In this document: one piece after another, positions 49,701 to 61,972 of the stretch | Layout of the letters: each line of letters begins with the position of its first letter | Numbering within the stretch: the first letter of the stretch is position 1 | Origin: Phyllosticta citribraziliensis | Lineage: Eukaryota | DNA: 64,000 nt | Assembly (NCBI RefSeq): GCF_038025025.1 | Contig: NW_027117344.1 | Span: forward strand, 1,736,001 to 1,800,000 | Direction of reading: 5' to 3' | Position numbers and translations under genes: made by a program | Notes under the pieces: generated by a model | The model's input: only the letters and a program-made list of their open reading frames with translations | What the model was told of the DNA's origin: nothing | The model's database searches: none

Positions 49701-50148
49701 CGAACATGGTGTCCAGGGCGTACTGCGCACCATCCCTGATTGAGGAGTTTTTGTCCGCGAGCGCGTCCAGGCAAAGAGGGATGATGTTTTCCTCCTGCAG
49801 AAGAAGGACGACTTCGTTGATGGGCTCTGAAGGGGGAAGCCTCTCGATTGTGGCGCCGATGGCGAACATGGCACCCTCCCTTCTAGCGACATCCTTCTTG
49901 TTGACAGCCGCCTTCTTGACCTCGTCGAGTATGCCATAACCCTTGAGTCCGCGGAAACCGACCGAGTTCTGCAGGAGGGTGCACAGCGCGTAGGCGGCGT
50001 CGAGCGAGGCCTGCGAGGTCTTGCTGGCGAAGATTGTGTTGAGGATTGCAGAAACTTCATCGGCGGTGGGCGGGACGGCGGAGGACGGGTCGGCGACCTT
50101 GGGGACGATGGTGGCAGAGGCCATGGGAGGAGATTCTTGGTGGGGCAT
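46722..50148 (-). CDS. NEW1: eEF3-family ABCF ATPase New1/Elf1; intron 47250-47196
   Basis: HEAT-like N-terminus, two ABC cassettes (GRNGAGKS/LSGGWKMK/LLDEPTN and GANGAGKS/LSGGQKVK/VLDEPTN), chromodomain insert YEVKW. The tail KKKKKLTRAQQKEREVRRRLRHIEWLNSPKGTP is New1-type rather than YEF3-type. Confidence 0.92.
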
Positions 50149-50966
50149 TCCTGGGTATCAGTCTAAAATTTTGATTTTATTCTTGTAGGGCGAAAAGACG
50201 GGCTTCGGCTCCTGTTGTCGTTCTGCTCGGCAGCAAAGGCTGAAGTCGGGCGCGGGCGCAAAGGCGGACGAGGGGGCGAGTGCGACGAAAAGCACTCGAA
50301 GCGCAGGAGCAGCGCCGAAGCAGAGGAGCAGAGAGGCGGATACAAAGGCCCGCGAGGTGGAGTGGAGAGTTCCCAAACAAAAAAGAAGCGTGAAGAGAAA
50401 GGGTGAAAAGGTGGGCGGGAGGGCGACGGAATTTCTTTAGGCTGCGGCGGCGACCAGGCCCCAAAAAAGCGGACCAAAGCCAAATCGCTCTTCTTGCACG
50501 TGCAGGGATCTGGGCTGAGCCTGGGCTGGCGTCCGGTAGGGCTGAACCGAAGAGCTGAGCTGCCGCCGTCGCTGTCAAGGCCGCGGCCACGCCGACTCAA
50601 CATTTCAACAATACCTTCATAATGCCATCCTCATTGTTGTGGTCTCGGAACTCCTGTCTCGATTACTTCGCCATCCCACTCACCACCACCCATGACTGAT
50701 GCTCCATCATCTGCCCGCCATATGGTCTCGCTACACGCGCAATGTCCACATCACCAATGGTCGTTTTGCATTACTCATGACGATTCTGATCTGCTAACCG
50801 CAACCCCAGCTGCCAAGGCAAAAAACACAAATGACAAACGACAAGCAAGAACCGGAGGCCGTGAGGAGCTGATGTAAAAGGAATCTTGAAAGGGAATCTG
50901 AAGAGTGAGTGGTCCAGCCATTTCTACTTCTGGCTCTTGTGTGGCCAGACGAATTCTGTCGGTGGC

Positions 50967-53056
50967 TTAGAAAATGGTGCCAAAGTCCTCGTTGACAGTC
51001 TGAAGCGTCTCCAACGGCTTCCTCGGACTGGCAGGCTTGCCATTCTCGTCCGTGGGTTTGCGGTGCCTGTTTCAAGTCAGAATAATCCGTCAAGTCATCC
51101 CTCGGACTCGAGACAAACCTGAAGGTGAACCCGACAAACAAGCTCTTCCCCATCTTCTCGTCCCTTTCGGCCAGGCTCTCCAACGCCTGCTGCTTCTCGT
51201 ACACCTCCTTGTATTTGGCCATGTCCGCCTCGCTGCCAAAGTCGTCGAAATACCCTGCATCCGTCTCGCTGTCCAACTCCGGTACAAAGGGTGCCTTTTG
51301 CTCGCGAAGCTTGCTCCAATCCACCTCTGCAAAGTACATGTGGCTGTGAATCTCCGAGATGCCCTTGAACCGCTTCGCCTTGGACGCCACGAGTCGAATG
51401 ATCAGGTCCCAAGTGCGTTTGCTCAAGAAATAGTTCGGATCCTCGTAGACCGGCTTCTTGAGCACTTTGGTCCAGTTTTTGAGATTCTGCCATGTCTCGT
51501 CTACCGTGGCGCCGGCGAAGGGTGGGTATCCAGCCAATGCTTCGAAGAGCATGCATCCGAGCGACCAGTAGTCCACGGTGAAGTCGTATTCCTCGCCCTT
51601 GAGAACTTCGGGGGCCATGTAATCAGGACTGCCGACGATTGACTTGGCGTAATTGACCTCGCGTTCGCGCAGGGAGCGGTATCCGTCGCGACGCTCAGCC
51701 GCCGTGCGCTCTTCCATGGGACGACCAAAGGGCACGGCGACGTTGCCAACAGACTCAAGCTTGACGCGCATGGATTCAATCTTCGCAGGGGCCAGCATGC
51801 CGGCTGCAAGACCAAAGTCTGTCAGCTTGACGTGGCCGGTGCTGTCGATCAAGAAATTCTCTGGCTTCAGGTCGCGATGGATGTAGCCGAGTTGGTGGAG
51901 CGAATCAACGCAGCAAAACATTTCTGCAATGTAAAAGCGTGCGTGTCGGTTGTGAAGGACTCCGGTGTTGTTGAGCAGGGTGCGGAAATCTCCACCGGGT
52001 ACGTATTCCTAAAAGCAATCAACCAACGCCGTCCGAGTCGGGCATGCTACTCACCATGGCTAGATAAATGCTCTTGTCGTCTTGAAAGGCGTAAAGCAAT
52101 CGGACAAGCCACTCGCTCTTAGCATTGGTCAAAATGTCACGCTCGGTCAGCACGTGTCTGACCTCGTCAAGCTTGAACAAGAGCTTCTTGCTCATGACCT
52201 TGAGCGCGCAGACCTCTCGAGTGTCCTTCTTCGTTGCAAGATAGACCTGTCCATAGCCGCCTTGTCCGACCTGCGTGAGAATCTGAAAGTCACCATGGCG
52301 CAGCCTCGTGCGGCGCTTGCGCAGATTGGCGCGCTCCCGGCCGAGGTACACTTGGTAAGCCTTGTCCCATTCCGGATCAGTGACGCCCTGGGGCTTTGGG
52401 TTTTGAGCATGAAATTGTGCCAAGCGATTTTGGCGGTTGTGGACGTAGGAGAGCAGGTCGTAGTAGTAGTCGAGGAAGTCTGGTTTTGTCAGCGTCGAAA
52501 GCATGTGGGACGGTGCAAGCTTACACAGTTGCGTCACGTTGGCCAATCGTCGAACGGCCGGCTTCTGAAGCTTCTCCCTGTCTTCGGGCGAGAGACCCCA
52601 TTGCACATTCTTTCCAATCGAGTCGGCGCGGTTCACTGCGCGGTATGGCTCCTGGCGCGAGGCAGCGGCGTGTGTCAGGTGGCTTTCCTTCTGCTGCAAA
52701 GCGGGACGGGTGGGAGGAGAGTTTTCCTTGTTTCCCTTGCGCGTCGGGCTTCCACTGCCCTCGGAGGCGTGATCTCCATAATTGTGCTTGGTGGGCGAAG
52801 TTGGCGAGCCTTGGACAGGGCGGGCGATCCTGCTAGGAGCGCCCACGGTCGGCTGCAGCCTCAGGGCGCTGTCAAAGACATTTGGTAGGTCTGTTGCTCC
52901 CGGGGGCACATGGTGTTTGCTTGGGCTTCCCTGTGGCGTGAGGCTTGGGGAGCAAAATGGATTGGAAGTCGGAGTCTGCGGACGGTCGTACATGTCGTTT
53001 GCCATGCGATGTTGGAGGGATGAGGGGAGCGGAATGTTGGTAAAGGGTTGGTCCAT
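50967..53056 (-). CDS. DBF2: NDR-family Ser/Thr kinase Dbf2/Sid2; three short introns
   Basis: VRRLANVTQLYFLDYYYDLLSY...YLGRERANLRKRRTRL...FQILTQVGQGGYGQVYLA...HRDLKPENFLID...DFGL...SIVGSPDYMAPE...DAGYFDDF...LFVGFTFRHRK...DFGTIF*. Confidence 0.95.
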
Positions 53057-54411
53057 GGTGGGCAGCAGCTGAGGGGGGTGAATGGGTGTCGAGCGGGGCA
53101 CAGCGACGCGGCGTGGGCGTAGTGGCGAGCGCGTCGCGTCTGGTGATGGTGATGGCGATGGGCAACGACACGACTGCGGCGGACTGAAGGGAGCAGAGAC
53201 AGAGGTTCGGAGGAGAGGAGACAGACGGGGCCAGACGAGGCAAGGCGGTCGCAGCAGGAGCGGGCTGATGTAGAAGTTCGATTGTTTTGAGATCAACACA
53301 CGCCCCAGGCCCTAGCAACGCATCCAGGGCATGGAACTGCATGCAAGCTTGGACCTCCCTGCCAGCACCACCTCAGCCGTCCCTGTTCCTCCACGACACG
53401 TCCAATCATCCATCCGTCTCTGTCTGCGGCTTGTTCGAATTCCAAAGGAGCGTGTTCATGACATGTACCTGCGCTGCGCTGCATAGCAGCAAGCGACGGC
53501 GGGGAAGACGACGCCACCTTATGATCGACCGGCGCGCTCCGAACTCGTCGTGTGGGGAAGTCTGCCCGATTGTTGCGCATATGGCCATTGATAACATCCC
53601 ATGTATGAGCTGACACGAATAGATCCAGCTCTCAACGGGACAGTCTACTTGGGCACTCGAGACCCGTAGGCTGGTGATGCAGAGAGCAGAATGACGCCGC
53701 TACATGTATTCGAGTCTGCCACTTGACTCCAAGCAATTTCCCAATATCATGCAACGTCTCGGACCAGTCCGAGGGAGCATTGAAATACCTCGACATTCCA
53801 CGCCCGTGACATTCTGACTGTCATAGACAGCAACTCATTCCACCCGAAGCCTGTCTCGTACTAGACTGGACCGAGGATGGCACCTTGTCGCGTGGCGACA
53901 GGCGAGACACATGGAAGACCCTGCCGCTGGTGGACCCTGAACAGAGGTGACATTGGCACATAAGCCTCCATCTCATTGCTCAATGCCGAATCCAAACCCA
54001 ACACGCTTGTTGAAATAGATCCATCATGGTGCACATGTCGGAGCTGTCTCGGAGAGCGGTCACAAACGCTCCGCGCGCATCAAATGGGCTCGTTCCAACA
54101 CGGGGCTTTTTAACCCACCGACGCGTTAAGCTTGGCAAGATGCACGGCAATGGGAGATGTAGGTATGATGGAAGCAGACGGCATGGTGAAGCAGGTTCGG
54201 AATACATACATGTAGACATGGCCTGGCGGCGGTTGAGGCACTGGGCCGTTCCGAGAGCCGCGGACTGGCCGCCCTCCGGCTTTTCCCGGCCAAATTTTGG
54301 GGTTGGGGCCTCGCGACCTTGCAGAGCTTCAGAGATATTCTCTTTCCTCATCGTCCAGCTCCTCACCGTGGTCTGAATCCTTGACGAGGTGCCAATTCCA
54401 CTGCGCCCACC

Positions 54412-56126
54412 ATGCTCAAGCTCCGCTCAATCGCGCGCCCCACTGCCGAGGCCGTCGTCCGCCCAGCACATGCCCGCTCGGCCGCCGTCCCCGCCTTCAT
54501 AGCTTCCAGCTCATCCGCCATCTCCCTCTCCGCTGCCCCGCGCTCCCTCCAGACCTCCGCCCTCAGGACTCCCTCCAGATTCTCCAAAGCAAACGCCTTC
54601 CGAACCTTTGCTACCTCTTCCAAGATGGCTGCCAACACCCGCGCCGAGACCGATGCCTTTGGCGAGGTCCAGGTCCCCGCCGACAAGTACTGGGGTGCCC
54701 AAACCCAGCGCTCTTTGGGCAACTTCAACATCAACCAGCCTCAGGACCGCATGCCTCCTCCTATTGTGCGCGCCTTTGGTATTCTCAAGGGTGCTGCAGC
54801 AGAGGTGAACATGCGCTACGGCCTCGGTAAGTTTCGACGTGCTGCTCCACCAACCCTCGGGCTAATATCTGCAAGACCCCAAGGTTGGCAATGCCATCAA
54901 GCAGGCCGCTCAGGAGGTTGCCGACCTCAAGCTCATCGACCACTTCCCTCTTGTCGTTTGGCAGACTGGCTCCGGTACCCAGTCCAACATGAATTCCAAC
55001 GAGGTCATTTCCAACCGCGCCATCGAGATTCTGGGCGGCACCATGGGATCCAAGAAGCCCGTCCACCCCAACGACCACGTCAACATGTCCGCCTCCTCCA
55101 ACGATACCTTCCCCACCGTCATGCACATTGCTGCCGTTCTCGAGCTTGAGGAGCAGCTCATCCCCGCCATCCAGAGCCTGCGCGACGCGATAAACCAGAA
55201 GGCTGAGACCTTCCAGAACTTGATCAAGATTGGCCGCACCCACTTGCAGGATGCTACGCCCCTGACTCTCGGTCAGGAGTTCTCTGGATACGTGACCCAG
55301 CTCGACTATGGCATTGAGCGTGTAAAGTCGGCCCTGCCGCGCCTGCGCATGCTTGCTCAGGGTGGCACTGCCGTTGGCACTGGCATCAACACTTTCAAGG
55401 GCTTCGCCGAGGGTATTGCCGAGGAAGTGTCCAAGGCCACTGGCCACGAGTTCGTGACTGCCCCCAACAAGTTTGAGGCTCTCGCAGCCCACGATGCCAT
55501 CGTCGAGGCTTCGGGACAGCTCAACACTCTGGCCACTTCTCTGTACAAGATTGCCCAGGACATTCGCTTCCTCGGATCTGGTCCTCGCTGCGGTCTCGGT
55601 GAGCTTAAGCTGCCTGAGAACGAGCCTGGCTCATCCATTATGCCCGGAAAGGTCAACCCGACCCAGTGCGAGTCTTTGACCATGATCTGCACGCAAGTCT
55701 TTGGCAACCACTCCACCATTACCTTCGCTGGCTCGCAGGGTAACTTTGAGCTCAACGTGTTCAAGCCTGTCATGATTGCGAACCTTCTCCACAGCACCAG
55801 GCTGCTGTACGACGGCATGAGGAGCTTTGAGAAGAACCTGATCCATGGTCTAGAGGCGGACGAGAAGAGAATCGCCTCCATTATGAAGGAAAGGTTAGTA
55901 TTCAATTGTCCCTATTGTGATTAGTCGCTGACCAAAGATTAGTTTGATGCTAGTTACTTGCCTCAACCCCCTCATTGGCTACGACATGGCCTCCAAGGTT
56001 GCCAAGAACGCCCACAAGAAGGGAATCACCCTGAAGGAATCTGCCCTTGAGCTCCAGGCTCTGAGCGAAGCTGACTTTGACCGAGTCGTCCGTCCAGAGC
56101 TCATGATTGCTCCCAAGGAGATTTAG
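54412..56126 (+). CDS. FUM1: Fumarate hydratase class II with mitochondrial presequence; exons 54412-54826, 54876-55893, 55943-56126
   Basis: [48 protein letters not shown], signature [18 protein letters not shown]-rich N-terminus. Confidence 0.98.
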
Positions 56127-57041
56127 CAAGCAAGAGGCAGGAGATAATGTAAAAAGCATTTCGTGATGCATACGTCTGAGAGAATCTCATCCTGAACATA
56201 GCGGCCTCATATAAGAATTTGCATACAAGATAGTTCCTGGACGGTTTCTTCAGCTTGTTGGGCCAGAGGTGTCAACATCGCGTCTTTTCTTGCACTCAGT
56301 TGCAACCTGAATTTCAGATGACTCACTACACTAGCGTATACAGAGCGATAGGAAGTTACAAGGATCATAGCCACCTTGCTGACGACAATAGGGCATTCTT
56401 TCAACGAGCAAGGAGAGCTCACAGTGGATAGCGGCTAGGATTCCACATGTAACCGCTTAGCCGCTCAGGCAGACCGGATGCGTTCCTGATCAAGGAAAAC
56501 CAACCGGAACACAGTCTCTGTTCAGACGGAAGACGCTAACGCTAACGACCATCCCTTGAGAAAACGATTGATTGGATTGGATTTGCTACGTCTAGTACTT
56601 CTATGCTATCTGACTCTGAAAGCTGACGCGGTATGCTAAGCGGGGTATTGCCAGTTTCGGCCATGCGAAATCGGGGACCAGTCCAGACGCCTCACCGCTT
56701 GCATCGTGGAAGCCTCGACTGCAAAGCCCGCAATCTTTGCACTATCACCGAATCTCAGATACCAATAGATTCATTGTGATCCCTTGCTGACATATCCGCA
56801 GTCGTCTCCGCACCCCGTGGGGCAATTTGCCCCGCGTCGCTCTTGGCGGAAACATTTCTTTGAACTTTTTCGCTGCTTGCAATTGGCGTCAAACCAACCG
56901 CTCTCCTCATTTGGAAGCTGATCCATCGTCCTGGTGATTCCTGTTGCTCTTTTGAATTGATACCTCGTTCCCCATGGGACTCTGGCATCCATTTTCTCAG
57001 TTTCTTCATCAGAGTCATTAGAACGACACGGAGATCCAAAC

Positions 57042-58651
57042 ATGGCGCAGTCATTGGGCCATTTCTTTGAAATTGAGGAAGCCAAACCTCCAAAGACCAT
57101 CGCCGAGCCGGGACGGGCTCGCCGCAAGTCATCCTCCATTCGCTCTCCCACGAACCAGGAGCTCGACTGTCTAGCCTTCGGAGACCGCCTTGATGGACCG
57201 CACTCCACGACGACCCGTAGCGGCTACCAAACGCCTCAAAGCGGGCCATTGGGCTCGCAGTCCTTCACTGGTGTGCAAACTCCCAAGACAAATGACCTCG
57301 AGGCTAGCCACCCACCTACGCCTATCCACAGCAACGCGACGCCCCTGGCTGCAACCTTTTGGAACCCGCCCATGAACAAGTGGCGCGTCCTCTGCGCGTG
57401 TGTCGTCTATTTTGCCAACGGCCTCAACGACTCGGCACCTGGAGCGCTGATCCCCTTTATGGAAGAGTCTTACCATATCTCGTACGCGGTGGTGTCGCTG
57501 ATTTTCATCACCAACGCCGCAGGCTTCATTGCCTGCGCCTTTTTTACCGACGTACTGCTTAGCAAGCTCGGGCGTGCATCGACGCTAGCGCTGGGCGAGG
57601 CCATTATGCTACTCGGCTACATCATTCTGGTCTGTACGCCTCCATGGCCGGCAGTCGTCGCGGCCTTCTTCCCACTAGGATTTGGGTATGCCATTAACTT
57701 GGCGTTGAACAATGTCTTTTGCGCCAACCTTTACGGCTCCACAATCATATTGGGCTTCGCTCATGGCAGTTACGGCATCGGTGGCACTGTGGGTCCGATA
57801 GCTGCCACAGCCATGGCATCTCACGGCATTGTTTGGTCGCGATTCTACTTTCTCCTTCTTGGCACCCGTCTCATCTGCATGCTGTTCAACACGTGGGCTT
57901 TTTGGAACTACGACAAAGAGACCCCATCGCCGCTGCTCGTTGAGCTTGAACGCCTTGGAAATACGCGGGGTGCGGCGTTGGATTCTGAAGAGGTCAAGCA
58001 GCAAAACTCCAAGAGGCGGTTGCTGAAGCAGGCCCTCCGCAACCGCACCACAATCATTGGCGCCTTGTTCATCTTTGCGTATCAGGGGGCTGAAGTCGCT
58101 GTTGCGGGTTGGGTCACTTCCTTTCTGATCAAGTACAGAGGGGGTGAGGCCGGGCAGGTTGGCTACGCCACAGCCGGTTTCTTTGTAAGTGCTTCCTTTC
58201 ACTCTCCATTCCACGCCACGGCTCTAACTCCATGTAGGCCGGGATCACAATCGGCCGTTTTGCCCTCGCGCCCATGGCACATCGCTTCGGCGAGCACCCC
58301 TCGGTCTACGTCTTCATCGTCGGGGGCATAATCCTGCAAATTCTGGTGTGGCAGATCCCCAACCTCGTGTCCAACACGATCTTGGTCGCTTTCCTGGGCC
58401 TTACACTCGGCCCCATCTATCCCTGCGTCCAGACCATTTTCTCGCGCCTACTGCCCCGCAACATCCAAGTCCCTGCCGTTGGCTTCATTGCCTCGGCTGG
58501 TAGCAGTGGTGGCGCCGTCGCGCCTTTTATTACAGGTTTGATTGCGCAGGCGAGGGGTACTTGGGTCTTGCATCCAATCTGTATCAGTCTTTTTGCGAGT
58601 CTGATAGGCTGCTGGTGGGCGTTGCCAGCTGTGAGGAAGAGAACTGATTAG
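57042..58651 (+). CDS. MFS transporter (Bsc6/fucose-permease-like); intron 58185-58237
   Basis: GLNDSAPGALIP, ISYAVVSLIF, HGSYGIGGTVGP, FAYQGAEV, GITIGRF, GPIYP, GSSGGAVAPF; about 12 hydrophobic segments. Confidence 0.9.
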
Positions 58652-58994
58652 TGGGTTCAAGGCAAGTGTGAGAAGCAGCTGACTACAGGCGATCTTGCGA
58701 ATCCGCTGGACCAGAGAGGGGGAAGCTGTGGATCAGTATCTACCACCTAGACTGCTTGCATGTCCGGCTTCAAATTGCCTAGGGTTGAAAAATGTACGGT
58801 ACAAAAGAATGGCATTTGTTTTCATCAAAACAACGCGATAGCCACCACGGCCACACTCACCATGCGTCCGAACAATGCCAACAACAAAGCCATTGTCCTT
58901 TTTGGGCGTTCAGTATTAAAATCTCCATGATCCTCCGTAATGTTCAGAAGATCAAACCAACCAAACAGTCCGGGCAGCATCCACAAGCACAACC

Positions 58995-59471
58995 ATGCCT
59001 CCCCGTACCATCAGGTGGCTTTCCACGCGACAGGAGTTCATCGCCGACGCAGCGCTCGGCAAACTGCGCCCTTGCCCCGGCGAGTGCGGCATCTGTTTCG
59101 ACACGAGCGACGTCCGGCCCCTGTACGACGCGTGCAGGAACGGGCACCCCTTTTGCGCCGGCTGCCTCATTGACTGGGTCAACCAGGTCAGCCCGCAAGG
59201 CGAGTCGATGGACTGCTGCCCGCTGTGCCGGGTCAAGATCTGCCAGGCGCAGCGCATGCCGCCTCCCGTCGAGCAGCCCGTCGACGACCCGGACGACATT
59301 GTGGACCGTGGCTTCCTTGTTGTGGTCGCTGCTGTCGTGCTGCAGATGCTCCGTGAGATCGGGCCCGCTGTCCGGCGCTTCGATGTCCATAACCCCTGGG
59401 ATGTTGCTTTCCTTGCGTTTGTTGTAGGCCCTGTCATCGCTTTGGTTGTTGTGATCAAGTGGTCAAGGTAA
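58995..59471 (+). CDS. Small RING-finger protein with C-terminal hydrophobic segments (putative membrane E3 ligase); 3' structure uncertain
   Basis: CGICFD...CRNGHPFCAGCLIDW...CPLCR (C3HC4 spacing), followed by GFLVVVAAVVL and VAFLAFVVGPVIALVVVI. Confidence 0.7.
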   Translation: MPPRTIRWLSTRQEFIADAALGKLRPCPGECGICFDTSDVRPLYDACRNGHPFCAGCLIDWVNQVSPQGESMDCCPLCRVKICQAQRMPPPVEQPVDDPDDIVDRGFLVVVAAVVLQMLREIGPAVRRFDVHNPWDVAFLAFVVGPVIALVVVIKWSR

Positions 59472-59942
59472 GTCTTCGAGGCCCGACGGTGGTGTTCGTG
59501 GTAAGTCCGGCATTTTCTCCACTGTGTGGTAAGTAGCTCGTGTGGCGAGCGATGGAGAACGTTGTAAGCCCGACCCTCTTTCCCTTCGTAGAAAGTATCG
59601 CATCTGAGGATGTAGCGCCAATAGAGAGTATTGCTGAACTTGAATGTCTTGTGGAGAGTGAATGTGAGTATTGGTCGTCTATTTCTGGGGTGAAGGTGAG
59701 CTTTTCTGGACAATATAGGGCCTGGATGAAAGCGTTGAAATCTTATTCAACCCCCACGGTCGTGTGAGGTGTGCCATGAACTGACCAAGCATCGTTCCTA
59801 TCGCACTTGGTCAATGTGCCTTCCCGTCCCGTCAAAAATGACATCATGCCCAAACACCGTAATTTTCCGCCCGGCCATTCCTGTGCTGCCTCTGGCTCAA
59901 CATCACAACGCCAAACATCCCTCCCACTGACTCTGCAAGTGT

Positions 59943-61691
59943 CTACCTTAGAGACAAGCCCCTTAAGCCGGACTGACCTCGCCTTCTTTGTCCTCTCGAC
60001 TTTACTGGCCAACGCGCAGCTTCCGAAGGCAAACGACGCGGGATAACAATCGTGTCGACCGGAACTTTTGACAACGCCAACCCAGTTCGATAGCCCACCA
60101 ACACAACTTTGACCTTTGTAGAGACATGGTGTGTGCGAAGCGATTCCAAAAGACCGCCGAAGATGTCGGGCCAGGATGGCTGATTGGCTTCGCGGAGGCC
60201 CATGGCCTCAACATCAATAACGAAACAGAAATCCTTCAATCCATTCAAGGCGTGTCCCAGCAGGCTGAGCCACTCGGCCTCTGTGCGTGCGCTGTGAAAC
60301 TTTGATGCGCATATTGCTGCTGACTTTTCATTCAGCAGAGCCTGGTTCTGCGTGAGCACCTGGGAGACGAGCCCTTTCAGCACATCGACAGCCGTGTACT
60401 CTTGCGGCCTTTTGCCATGCTGCTGCAGAGCCCATGCGACGGGGATCGAAGTCTCGCGGACGAGTTCGATCATGTCGACGGTGAAATCCTGCGCAACATG
60501 GCGACTTGAATAAGAGCCCAAGACGAGGACCATGGAAGACTCAGGATTACTTCCCCACGACTTCAGCGTTTTGGAATCTTGGAAGATCGACATGTCTGTC
60601 CCCCTCCGCCGCCGTCTCGGATTTCTAGCCGAAGCGTAGAACAGAAGCGTTTGGTCGGGACTTTGGCATGACGATGAAGCCGTGAACGCCATTATTTGCG
60701 ACAGTTGCATGTCACACACTCTCTGGTTTGTGTCCACTATCCCCGAGTACTGCAACTTGTGGTATCCTACTGATTGTCAGCAGAAATGTAAAACAAAAGA
60801 TAACTCTGCTGACCGTCTAACGCCAGACTCATTGCCTCTGTTATTGTCTTCAACTGGCGCAACTCCAGCCTCGTCTCTCGCAGCTCGACGATGCTCATAG
60901 TAAAGGCAAGTCGATGGATCTTCGCAACCTGGACCGTGATGTCGTCGACCAGATCCTGGAACCGCAAGCTATATGGACGGCCAATAGCTGACAAGGCATG
61001 TTTTAACTTTTTCTGACGATACCAAGAAGCGGCTCGTGTTGCAAATCCAATAATGCGCACGTACAGTGTGGTCGCCAGTTCGACCATAGTGTCCGTTTGG
61101 TATAAGAAAAGGTAGAGCTCGGTTTGTGGCAACGCGTCCGCGATCTCGCACATTGCCTTAGCTAGCTCTTTGATCAAAGTGTCTTGATTCAAGACTCCCT
61201 GTGATCTCTGCATCAGTCTTGAGATCCAAGGGTTGTCGTCGCATGGGAGCCTCCGACAAAAGGAAAGATTTACCATGAAAACGAACTTGAAAGCGCCCCA
61301 CACCAAAGAGACGTACTCTGGATGATGTTGCACCAGCGCATCCAAGACCGCGCCGTACAAATTTATTCGCGAAGACAATTTTGTCAACCATTTGCGCGCC
61401 TTCGACTGAGTCTTCGCGTCGTAAACAAGTTTCGCATTTTCGACAGCCTGCTGGACATGATCGATCGACGCCTTGTCCTCAAGCCAAATGCGCTTGCATT
61501 CGTCATTGGTGAAGTCCGACTTGAAAAGGCTCACAGCCTTATCGAACGCTCTCTTGGCGGCGTCATTGGAACTTCACCATGAGCAAATGTCATGTTGGCG
61601 CAAGAGACTGGAATGCTCACATATTCGACAAGATCCGTTTCAAAAGGGGAGATTTCGAATCGCTTGGCGGACTGAGCACAGAAGAAGACAT
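59943..61691 (-). CDS. NACHT-associated helical-domain protein (HHPEYVSLxWG family, DUF7708-like) with degenerate NTPase-like region; ~4 exons
   Basis: KARKWLTKLSSRINLYGAVLDALVQHHPEYVSLVWGAFKFVFM...LAKAMCEIADALP...LYQTDTM; later WGSNPESSMVLVLGS...IPVAWAL...FCFVID...VKVVLVGY. An upstream exon splices in at GTGAGC (~61620). Start uncertain (61691 or 61751). Confidence 0.75.
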
Positions 61692-61972
61692 GAGAGCCGT
61701 GGCAAGATCAGCAGAAGCGGCGAAACCAGCGGGCGACAAAACGATGCGCATGGAACTTTTACTCTCTGATCAAGGAGTTTGCAGCTGGCTCAATAAAGGC
61801 TCATTTGTATTGCACAGCCACAAAGATGGACAGGGCTATGAATGAAGTCGACGTACGACGACGTGGCTGCCATCCTGCAGGTGTGGGGGCTATCTGCACG
61901 AATGTCAATTCTCGCCCCTTTACCCTCAACCTTCTTCTCTGCATCTTCTTCCCTTCGACTTAAACCACTACC

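Noticed and set aside
46722..50148. Calling this gene canonical translation elongation factor 3 (YEF3)
   Set aside because: The C-terminal RRRLRHIEWLNSPKGTP tail is characteristic of New1/Elf1.
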